From positions 352,001 to 416,000 of the forward strand of contig OZ243956.1 of assembly GCA_965214405.1 (NCBI GenBank): a stretch of DNA of 64,000 nucleotides, given 5' to 3'. The translations under genes were made by a program, and so were the position numbers. Of the stretch, positions 1-8,162 are shown one piece after another; within the stretch, counting starts at the first letter, position 1; the number at the start of each line of letters is the position of its first letter. This DNA is from Trueperaceae bacterium. Lineage in GTDB: Bacteria > Deinococcota > Deinococci > Deinococcales > Trueperaceae. The notes beneath the pieces were generated by a model. The model was not told the origin of the DNA, searched no databases, and worked only from the letters and a program-made list of their open reading frames with translations.

Positions 1-271
1 TGCAGCGTGAGGAGAATTTTGAGGGTTATGTATAAACGTTCACACAGTTAGACGTGAAACCTAAGAAGTAGAACGCGCGAAACGAAGTGGCCTGCTTAAC
101 ATTTAGCACCGCCGAGGCCCACAACGTGGTAATAAAGAAGTATAAAGGTTCGCTTGCGTATAGAGCGAACCTTGCTCATGTCACGCCAGCATCTTGCTTA
201 AGACAAACGTCTTGCTCAAGATATAACGTACCCAGAACCCGCCAACGGTTTCGAACACAAACGAGGTCACG

Positions 272-3200
272 ATGAATCCACCCACAGAACCCCAAGCCAA
301 CCCACAAGCCGACCAGACCGGTTTACAGCCCCGCCCTCAGCCCTTTTTAGAGAATCCCCAATGGTACAAAGACGCCGTCATCTACCAGGTCCACGTGCGC
401 TCGTTTTTCGACTCGAGCGGCGACGGTTACGGCGACTTCGAGGGGCTGCGCCAAAAGCTGCCTTACATCGAGACCTTAGGCGTCAACACGCTCTGGCTGC
501 TGCCCTTTTACAAGTCGCCCCTGCGCGACGACGGCTACGATATTTCTGATTACAAGGAAATCCTGCCCGTCCACGGGACGCTGGACGATTTCAAGGCGTT
601 TTTGGACGAGGCGCACGCTCGCGGGATGCGCGTCGTCACAGAACTCGTGCTCAACCACACCTCGGACCAGCACGCCTGGTTTCAAGAGGCGCGCAAGCCG
701 GGTTCGCCCAAGCGCGACTGGTACGTCTGGAGCGACACCTCGGACAAGTACAAAGACGTGCGTATTATCTTTACCGACACCGAGCACTCGAACTGGACTT
801 GGGACCCGGTCGCCAAGGCCTACTATTGGCACCGCTTTTTCTCGCACCAGCCCGACCTCAATTGGGACAACCCGGAGGTCGAAAAGGCGCTCCACGAGGT
901 GATGTTCTACTGGCTCGACATGGGCGTGGACGGGCTTAGGCTCGACGCGGTGCCTTATTTGTATGAGCGCGAGGGGACCTCGAGCGAGAACCTGCCCGAG
1001 ACCCTGGACGCCATCAAACGGCTTCGCAAGGTTTTAGACGACCGTTACGGCGGCGACAGGGTCCTTTTGGCCGAGGCCAACCAGTGGCCCGAGGACACGC
1101 TGCCCTACTTTGGCGACGGCGACGGCGTGCAGATGGCGTTTAACTTTCCCGTGATGCCCCGGATGTACCTGGCGCTGCGCCGCGAGAACCGGATGCCGAT
1201 TGCCGAGATGCTGCGCCTGACCAATGACATCCCGCCGGAAGCGCAGTGGGCGCTCTTTTTGCGTAACCATGACGAACTTACCCTGGAAATGGTCACCGAC
1301 GAAGAGCGCGACTTTATGTACAACGAATACGCCTCGGATAGACAGTTCCGCCTCAACTTGGGCATCCGCCGCAGGCTTTCGCCCCTCTTAGGCGGTGAAC
1401 GGCGGCGCATCGAGCTGATGAACGCGCTCGTGCTGTCCTTAAAGGGCTCGCCCGTGCTGTACTACGGCGACGAAATCGGTATGGGCGATAACGTCTTTTT
1501 GGGCGACCGCAACGGGGTCCGCACGCCGATGCAGTGGAGCCGGGACCGCAACGCGGGCTTTTCGGACGCGCCCTTTCACCAGCTCTTTTTGCCGCCCATC
1601 AACGAGGGCAGCTACTCGTACGAGTTTTTGAACGTCGAGGAGGCGCAGCGCAGCCCGCACTCGCTCTACCAGTTTATGCGCCGCATCTTGGCGATCCGCA
1701 ACCAGCACGGGGCGACCTTTGGGCGGGGGACGTTGGAGATTTTGCCCTTAGAGAACCAGCGCGTGCTCGCCTATTTGCGCGAGTACGAGGGCGAGACGAT
1801 TTTGGTCGTTGCCAACTTGTCGCGCTTTGCTCAGGCGGTCCAGTTACCCCTCTCGGCCCACGCGGGGCGTTACCCCATCGAACTCTTCGGCCAAGCGCCC
1901 TTTCCTACGATTGGCGACACGCCCTACCCGCTCACGCTCTCGCCGCACGGCTTTTACTGGTTCAATCTGGTCAAGGAGCTGCCGGGGAGCGAGGGCGAGG
2001 TGTTTTCCTTACAGGCTGCGGAGCAAGCCGAGGCACCCACCAGGGAGCTGCCGACGTTGCGGCTTGCGGGCGGGCTCGAGACCGTCTTGGTCGACACGCT
2101 CGTCCAGGGGAACGCGCGGGAGGGGCTCGAGCGCGCCCTCCCCGACTTCTTAAAGGGCCAACGCTGGTTCGGCGGCGGCGGGCGGGCCATGCGCTCGGTC
2201 AAGCTTGCCGACGCGGTGCGGGTCCAGGCGAAACCGCTGGCCGTCTACATCTCGCTCCTGCGCGTCACCTTTGAAGACGGGAGCGTCGAGCGTTACTTCC
2301 TGCCGCTCGCTGCGGCGCGTGGTGAGGCCGCCGAGCGGGTGATGGCGACGCGCCCGCGGGCGGCGTTGGCTCGGTTGGAGGGCGAAGGCGGCGGCGCGCT
2401 CCTCCACGACGCGACGGCCAATCCTGAAGTTTGGAGCGCGTTGTACCGCGCCGTCCAGCGCGGCTGGAAGGGGCGGAGCCTCCAGGGGCTCTACAGCGCC
2501 GAGGCGCTACCGGGGGCCGAGTTGCCCGACACGGACGAGGTCACGGTGCTGAGCGTCGAGCAGAGCAATTCGTCGGCGATTTTCGGCAAGGCCGCCTTTG
2601 CCAAGCTCTACCGCAAGCTAGAGGACGGCCCCAACCCCGAGGTCGAACTTCTGGACTACCTCACCAAGGCGGGCTTTCCCTTCGTGCCCAGCGTCAAGGG
2701 ACGGCTCGACTTCCGGCGGGGCGACCTGCGGCTCAACCTGGGCGTATTTCAGGAGGCCCTGGAGAGCGAGGGCGACGCCTGGAGCTACGCGCTTTCAGAG
2801 ACGCGGCGCTACCTAGACCGCGTCGCCAACACCACGCCGCCCCCTGACGGGCTGCCCAAGAACCTCAACGACACCCCGCCCGCTTGGTTGGAGGATTCCG
2901 CGGGCGAGGTGTTGGAGCTTGCCCGCCTGTTGGGCGTCCGCACCGCCGAACTTCACAAGGCGCTCGCCCGCGCGGAAGCCCCCGCGCTCGCCCCGGAGCC
3001 GACCACACCCAATGAGCTGCGCGCCCTTAGCCAACGCATCCGCGAAGAAGCGGCAAGAACGCGCGACGCGTTGTCGAACACTGAGCACGCGCTTGACGAA
3101 GGAACGCTCGAGCGCAGCCTCAATAAACTGGACGCGTTTATGAACATGGACGCCAACGACATTTGGAACAAAATCCGCGTCCACGGCGACTATCACCTCG

Positions 3201-3625
3201 GGCAGGTCCTGCAAACCAACGGTGACTACTACCTCCTCGACTTCGAGGGTGAACCCGACCGCTCGCTCGCCGAGCGCCGCAAAAAGGACCAGGCGCTGAG
3301 GGACGTGGCGGGAATGCAGCGTTCCTTGGAATACGCGGGGCTCGTCGCCTGGCGCAACCATCCCAATTACGGGCAAAACGGCGGCTTAGAGCGTTGGGCG
3401 GAGCTTCTTATCCGCTGGAGCGAGGCGGTCTTTTTGGAGTCCTACTTCGTGACTGCGGGCGCGGACGCTTCCTTTTTGCCCAAGGACGGAGCCACACGCG
3501 ACCGGCTGCTCTGGACTTATCAACTGGACAAGGTGCTCTACGAAATCCGCTACGAGCTGGGCCACCGGCCCGACTGGGTGGTCTTGCCGCGCCTCGGGTT
3601 AGAGCGGTTGTTGGGGCTCGAGTAG
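272..3625 (+). CDS. treS: Trehalose synthase (GH13) fused to C-terminal maltokinase (TreS-Pep2/Mak)
   Basis: WYKDAVIYQ, RLDAVPYL, EANQ and FLRNHDELT GH13/TreS motifs. C-terminal kinase motifs EQSNSS, RVHGDYHLGQV and DFEGEP. Confidence 0.95.
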   Translation: MNPPTEPQANPQADQTGLQPRPQPFLENPQWYKDAVIYQVHVRSFFDSSGDGYGDFEGLRQKLPYIETLGVNTLWLLPFYKSPLRDDGYDISDYKEILPVHGTLDDFKAFLDEAHARGMRVVTELVLNHTSDQHAWFQEARKPGSPKRDWYVWSDTSDKYKDVRIIFTDTEHSNWTWDPVAKAYYWHRFFSHQPDLNWDNPEVEKALHEVMFYWLDMGVDGLRLDAVPYLYEREGTSSENLPETLDAIKRLRKVLDDRYGGDRVLLAEANQWPEDTLPYFGDGDGVQMAFNFPVMPRMYLALRRENRMPIAEMLRLTNDIPPEAQWALFLRNHDELTLEMVTDEERDFMYNEYASDRQFRLNLGIRRRLSPLLGGERRRIELMNALVLSLKGSPVLYYGDEIGMGDNVFLGDRNGVRTPMQWSRDRNAGFSDAPFHQLFLPPINEGSYSYEFLNVEEAQRSPHSLYQFMRRILAIRNQHGATFGRGTLEILPLENQRVLAYLREYEGETILVVANLSRFAQAVQLPLSAHAGRYPIELFGQAPFPTIGDTPYPLTLSPHGFYWFNLVKELPGSEGEVFSLQAAEQAEAPTRELPTLRLAGGLETVLVDTLVQGNAREGLERALPDFLKGQRWFGGGGRAMRSVKLADAVRVQAKPLAVYISLLRVTFEDGSVERYFLPLAAARGEAAERVMATRPRAALARLEGEGGGALLHDATANPEVWSALYRAVQRGWKGRSLQGLYSAEALPGAELPDTDEVTVLSVEQSNSSAIFGKAAFAKLYRKLEDGPNPEVELLDYLTKAGFPFVPSVKGRLDFRRGDLRLNLGVFQEALESEGDAWSYALSETRRYLDRVANTTPPPDGLPKNLNDTPPAWLEDSAGEVLELARLLGVRTAELHKALARAEAPALAPEPTTPNELRALSQRIREEAARTRDALSNTEHALDEGTLERSLNKLDAFMNMDANDIWNKIRVHGDYHLGQVLQTNGDYYLLDFEGEPDRSLAERRKKDQALRDVAGMQRSLEYAGLVAWRNHPNYGQNGGLERWAELLIRWSEAVFLESYFVTAGADASFLPKDGATRDRLLWTYQLDKVLYEIRYELGHRPDWVVLPRLGLERLLGLE

Positions 3626-3688
3626 CGCAGGAGGTCTTAACAAAGGTTTAATAAAAGACGTAAACATGAGAATCATGTGACGAGTCTG

Positions 3689-3710
3689 GGGGAGTCCGAA
3701 GCGGCTCCCC
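3689..3710 (+). terminator. GC-rich hairpin between the two treS genes
   Basis: GGGGAG(T)CCG-AAG-CGGCTCCCC followed by only a short T tract. Confidence 0.4.
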
Positions 3711-3797
3711 TTAAACTTGGGCTATCGACGGACCCAGAGACGATAAGGGGCGGGCGAACGGCTCGTCCTCCCGGCTTGACACCCTTAGGAGCGCGTC

Positions 3798-5498
3798 ATG
3801 TATCACATCACCCCAGAAGCGCCTAACGCGGCACCCGCGAAGAGCCCTCGAGCTTTGCACCCTTCTAAAACCGACTGGTACAAAGATGCGGTGCTTTATG
3901 AACTCTACGTCCGCGCCTTTCATGACGCCGACGGCGACGGTCACGGAGATTTACGAGGCGTGATTGAGCGTTTGGACTACATCGCTTCTTTGGGAGTCGA
4001 CTGTATTTGGCTCCTCCCCATCCACCCCTCGCCCTTGCACGACGACGGCTATGATATTTCAGATTTTTACGGCATTCACCCCGACTACGGCACGCTGCAA
4101 GATTTCGACACGCTGATTGAAGAGGCACACCGCCGCGGCCTGCGCGTCATCACCGATCTGGTCATGAACCACTCGAGCAGCCACCACCCGTGGTTTGTGG
4201 AGAGCCGTAGCAGTCTGGACAATCCCAAACGTGACTGGTACGTCTGGAGCGAGACGCCTGACAAGTACGAAGGCACGCGCGTAATTTTTTCCGACACCGA
4301 GCCGTCCAACTGGACGCTCGACCCGCAAACGGGCGAATACTACTGGCACCGCTTTTTCCGCGACCAGCCCGACCTCAATTACGACAATCCCGAAGTGCAG
4401 GCGGAAATGCTCAACGTGATTGAGTTTTGGCTCGAGCGCGGCATCGACGGTTTCAGGCTCGACGCGATTCCTTATTTATTCGAGCGCGAGGGCACAAGTA
4501 ACGAAAACCTGCCCGAGACTCACGCCTTTTTGCGCAAGGTTCGTACCTTTGTGGACACGCATTACCCCGGCACGCTTCTTTTGGGCGAGGTGAACCAGTG
4601 GCCGGAGGACACGATGCGCTACTTTGGCGAGAGCTGTGACGAGGTTAATTTGCTTTTTCACTTCCCGGTGATGCCGCGCCTTTTCAAAGCTCTGGCGGAA
4701 GGAAAACGCGACTCCGTCGAGTGCATCATGGACCGCACGCCCGAGGCCCCCGGCGACTGCCAGTGGGTCATGTTTTTGCGCAACCACGACGAGTTGACGC
4801 TCGAGATGGTCACCGACGAAGAGCGCAGCTTTATGTACGGCGCATACGCCCCCGACGCCGCCATGCGGCTTAATGCAGGCATCCGCCGCCGTTTGTCGCC
4901 CCTCCTAAACGGCGACCCGCGCAAAATCAAGCTCATGAACTCGCTGCTCATGACGCTGCCCGGCACCCCCATCCTCTACTACGGCGACGAGCTCGGCATG
5001 GGCGACAACGTCACCCTGCCCGACCGCCACGGCGTCCGCACGCCGATGCAGTGGAGCGGCGAAAAGAACGCGGGCTTTTCCGAGGCCGACCTGCCCTACA
5101 CGCCGCCCGTCAGCGCGCAGGGGTTTTCTTATGCAGACCTCAACGTTGCCTCGCAGGAGGGTGACCCGGAGAGCCTGCTCAACTGGACGCGCCGCCTGGT
5201 GAGGGCGCGCAAACGTCACCCCGCGTTGGGCCGCGGTCACTTTGAGATGTTGCGACCCGAAAACCGCGCGGTGCTGGTTTTTGTTAACACTTTTGAAGAG
5301 GGAACGGAAGCCGAAGATATCGTGCTCGCCGTTCACAACCTCTCGAGCACCCCCCAAACGGTCTGCTTAGACCTCCACCGCTACCTCGGCAGACCGTTGC
5401 ATGACCTTTTCAGCGGCGAGGAGGTGAGCCGCTCGAACGCAAAAACGCGTTTAGCACTTCCGTCCTACGGCTTCCGCTGGCTCTCGGTCGGGGTTTGA
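3798..5498 (+). CDS. treS: Stand-alone trehalose synthase (maltose alpha-D-glucosyltransferase)
   Basis: WYKDAVLYE, FRLDAIPYL, EVNQ, FLRNHDELTLEMV. AGGA SD upstream. No kinase domain. Confidence 0.93.
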   Translation: MYHITPEAPNAAPAKSPRALHPSKTDWYKDAVLYELYVRAFHDADGDGHGDLRGVIERLDYIASLGVDCIWLLPIHPSPLHDDGYDISDFYGIHPDYGTLQDFDTLIEEAHRRGLRVITDLVMNHSSSHHPWFVESRSSLDNPKRDWYVWSETPDKYEGTRVIFSDTEPSNWTLDPQTGEYYWHRFFRDQPDLNYDNPEVQAEMLNVIEFWLERGIDGFRLDAIPYLFEREGTSNENLPETHAFLRKVRTFVDTHYPGTLLLGEVNQWPEDTMRYFGESCDEVNLLFHFPVMPRLFKALAEGKRDSVECIMDRTPEAPGDCQWVMFLRNHDELTLEMVTDEERSFMYGAYAPDAAMRLNAGIRRRLSPLLNGDPRKIKLMNSLLMTLPGTPILYYGDELGMGDNVTLPDRHGVRTPMQWSGEKNAGFSEADLPYTPPVSAQGFSYADLNVASQEGDPESLLNWTRRLVRARKRHPALGRGHFEMLRPENRAVLVFVNTFEEGTEAEDIVLAVHNLSSTPQTVCLDLHRYLGRPLHDLFSGEEVSRSNAKTRLALPSYGFRWLSVGV

Positions 5499-5609
5499 CG
5501 TCCTTGGGGAGCACGAAGGGGAGCGCGAAAAGGTGGGCTGAATGCGACATCCGCCACACGCTCACGCAACCTTAGCTTCCCTCATCTAAAACCTGCTACC
5601 CTAATCTTT

Positions 5610-6479
5610 ATGCCTTTTGCACCACCTTTCAAGAATCTTTCCGTTCTCCTATTTTTGGGGATGCTGCTCCTTCTCGGCGGCTGCGGGAGCGAGATCAGCG
5701 CGCCCGGCGAGACGCTGCGCCTCCTCGCGCAGACCTTTGAACCCGCTTTCGCTAATGAGCCCTACAGCGCCACCTTGCGCGCGGTCGGGGGCCTGTCGCC
5801 CTATGACTACGCGTTGCGCGAGGGCGCGCTGCCGCCGGGGCTCGAGCTCCAGGGCAACACCCTGCGCGGCACGCCGACGGCGACAGGCACCTACAGCTTT
5901 ACCGTCGCGGTTTCCGACGCGAACCTCTCGACCACGTTTGAAGACTACAGCCTCCAGGTGGTCGAAGCGCCCCCCGCCTCGCTGACGCTCAACGCCCCGG
6001 CCACCGAGGTGGCGCGGCCCTTTTTGCTCCGGGGGCAAGTCAGAGACGCGCGCGATTTGCAGGCGCTCCGCACGCTTGTCACTTGGGACCCGACCCGGTT
6101 CGAACTCGTGCCGGAGAGCGTTCGCGCCGCCCGCAACGGCGTCGCGGTGTTCCAAAACGCCGAAGAAGGCAGCCTCAATGTCGACGTGGCGGTGCTCGGG
6201 GCGGGGCTGAGGGGCGACCATACGTTGTTCGAGTTTGCGCTCCGCCCTTTGGAGCGGACCACGGTCTCACTAGACGTGCAAACCGAGTTTTTGTCGAGCG
6301 ACCTCAGGCACGCCTACACGAGCGAGCAGGAGGGGGAAACGTTTGGGGCTCCGGAGGATGTGACGAGCGGCGCTGGCACCGGAGGCGTGACGGGCGGCAT
6401 AACTGGAGGCCCAGAGTTTAATAATCCAGGAGAGAATAATGGTGACGATACCGACGGGGGAGCCAACGGTGGGAGCTAG
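5610..6479 (+). CDS. Lipoprotein with putative Ig (He_PIG-like) domain, cohesin-like domain and acidic Gly/Thr tail
   Basis: Lipobox LLGGC. Ig signature GALPPGLEL...GTPTATGTYSFTVAVSDA. Cohesin-like pattern VTWDPTRFEL...GSLNVDVA...LRGDHTLFEF. Leaderless TGcTACCCT-N7-ATG. Confidence 0.7.
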   Translation: MPFAPPFKNLSVLLFLGMLLLLGGCGSEISAPGETLRLLAQTFEPAFANEPYSATLRAVGGLSPYDYALREGALPPGLELQGNTLRGTPTATGTYSFTVAVSDANLSTTFEDYSLQVVEAPPASLTLNAPATEVARPFLLRGQVRDARDLQALRTLVTWDPTRFELVPESVRAARNGVAVFQNAEEGSLNVDVAVLGAGLRGDHTLFEFALRPLERTTVSLDVQTEFLSSDLRHAYTSEQEGETFGAPEDVTSGAGTGGVTGGITGGPEFNNPGENNGDDTDGGANGGS

Positions 6480-6999
6480 AATAGCGCGACTCATCATAGG
6501 CGCGTGCCTGCTCCTCGGCTCGAGTGCGGGGGCCACGACCTATACCGCGCTCTCTTTGGAAGATGTCGCGCAAAAAGCCGACATAGCCCTCTACGGCACC
6601 GTCACCTCGACGCGCGTCGAGGAGCGAGAGGGCGAGCCGTGGACGGTCGTCACCTTTACGCCCGAACGCACGCTCAAGGGGGAGGTGGGCGAGAGCCTCG
6701 AGCTCTCCTTTTACGGCGGTACTCCGGAAAGCGGCCCCGCGCTCCTCATCGACGGGATGCCGCGCTTTGAAGAGGGCGAAACCGTGCTTCTTTTTGCTTA
6801 CGACGCGCCCTACTATTCGCCCGTGGTCGGCTTTTCGCAGGGGCTGTGGCGGCTTACGGGCGCGGGGCTGCGCGACGAAACGGGTCGCGTGTTGAGCTTG
6901 GGCGAAGCGGGAGCGCTCGAGCAGGGCGGCGGCGGCGCGGCCACGGAGGATTTGCTGAGCGCGTTTGAGGAACTGCTCGAGCCCGGAGGCACGCCGTGA
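6469..6999 (+). CDS. Secreted hypothetical protein, OB-fold/TIMP-like type often associated with matrixin proteases
   Basis: Signal peptide ending AGA. Pattern LSLEDVAQKADIALYGTV...ERTLKG...GG...GMPRFEEGETVLLF. GTG at 6469 with GGGGAG SD, overlapping the upstream gene. Confidence 0.6.
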   Translation: MGARIARLIIGACLLLGSSAGATTYTALSLEDVAQKADIALYGTVTSTRVEEREGEPWTVVTFTPERTLKGEVGESLELSFYGGTPESGPALLIDGMPRFEEGETVLLFAYDAPYYSPVVGFSQGLWRLTGAGLRDETGRVLSLGEAGALEQGGGGAATEDLLSAFEELLEPGGTP

Positions 7000-8045
7000 G
7001 ACGTAAGGTATTTATCCTCTTAGCTCTGGGGACGCTCATCGTGTTTTTGGGTGGAAACAGTCTGGCGCAAACAGAATCCGACACGACCGGCGGAACACAA
7101 TCCAACCCGACCAGCACGGCGCAGCCTGACACGACCAGCGGAACGCAACCTGACGTGACCGGCGGAGCGGGATTTAGCACGACCGGCGGAGCGGAACCGG
7201 GTACAGGAACGCAACTTAGTATAAGCACCAGCGTCACCTACCGCGTTGACGCGGAGGGCGGCGCAGGCACGCTAAGCGAGGACGTCGCGGCGGCGTTTGC
7301 CACCTGGCGAGAGGTCGAAGGGGCGGGCTTTACCGCCACCGAAAGCGAGGACGAAGCGGGAGCCGTGGTGCGCTACGGCGACGCCGCGCAATTTGGTCCC
7401 GATACCGTGTCGCTCACGCTTTCGTCAAGCGAAGGAGCCGGGGAGAACGCGCAGCGCCTCACCGTTCTCGTCAACCCGGACGCGCCCGAACTGCGGCCTG
7501 CGGCGCTCCTGCACGAAACGGGCGTTCTCATCGGCGTGCCTGCGTCTTCAGCGCCCGGCGACGTGATGAACCCGGCGCTCACTCCGGGCGCACCCGCCGA
7601 ACTCACCCAGGCGGACCGCGACGCGGTGGTGTCGCTCGAGACCTTTGTGCCCGAAGATCTCAACCGCGACGGCGTGGTTGACTTTTACGACCTGACGCGC
7701 TTCGGCGCGGCTTTTGGTCAAACCGGGGTCAACATCGAGGGCGACTTTAACGGTGACGGGACTGTGGACGAGACGGATTTAGCGCTGCTCGAGGCCGCTT
7801 ACGTCTTCGCCCCCCCTTCTGAAACCGCGCCCGCCACGTTCACAGAAGCGGACGTAAGTGGAGGTGGTCTGTCCGGTGGGTCGGGCGGCCTAGACGAGGG
7901 AACCGACGAAAACCCAGTTGATGAGAATTTTTTTGGCACCGGAGGCGCGACGACCGGCGGTGCTGACGCGGGTATCGGCACGGGTGGCGCTGACGAGGGA
8001 AGTAGCGATGGAGAGGTGACGGGCGGCGCGACGGGCGGCTCCTAA
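6996..8045 (+). CDS. Secreted protein with degenerate matrixin-like domain and dockerin (duplicated Ca-binding repeats)
   Basis: Signal peptide. AAFATW...LLHETGVLIG...DVMNP...LTQADRDAV. Dockerin repeats DLNRDGVVDFYDL and GDFNGDGTVDETDLALL. GTGA overlap with the upstream gene. Confidence 0.75.
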   Translation: MRRKVFILLALGTLIVFLGGNSLAQTESDTTGGTQSNPTSTAQPDTTSGTQPDVTGGAGFSTTGGAEPGTGTQLSISTSVTYRVDAEGGAGTLSEDVAAAFATWREVEGAGFTATESEDEAGAVVRYGDAAQFGPDTVSLTLSSSEGAGENAQRLTVLVNPDAPELRPAALLHETGVLIGVPASSAPGDVMNPALTPGAPAELTQADRDAVVSLETFVPEDLNRDGVVDFYDLTRFGAAFGQTGVNIEGDFNGDGTVDETDLALLEAAYVFAPPSETAPATFTEADVSGGGLSGGSGGLDEGTDENPVDENFFGTGGATTGGADAGIGTGGADEGSSDGEVTGGATGGS

Positions 8046-8162
8046 CGCCGCCCTGTCGGCTTCTTGAGCGGGGTCATAGGTAGGTTAGACATAGGTTAGG
8101 CGGGTCTGCTCGAGAAGCGTCACAAAAGACGTCACAGCCAAACTCCGCAGCCCAAACCCGAG

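Noticed and set aside
87..275. 62-aa ORF overlapping the treS start
   Set aside because: No SD or recognisable motif, and the region looks like promoter DNA.
1534..2274. 246-aa alternative-frame ORF in treS, and similar Arg/Ala/Gly-rich ORFs throughout (e.g. 16722, 19624, 21653, 24500, 34497)
   Set aside because: Shadow ORFs expected in high-GC coding DNA; they overlap well-supported genes.
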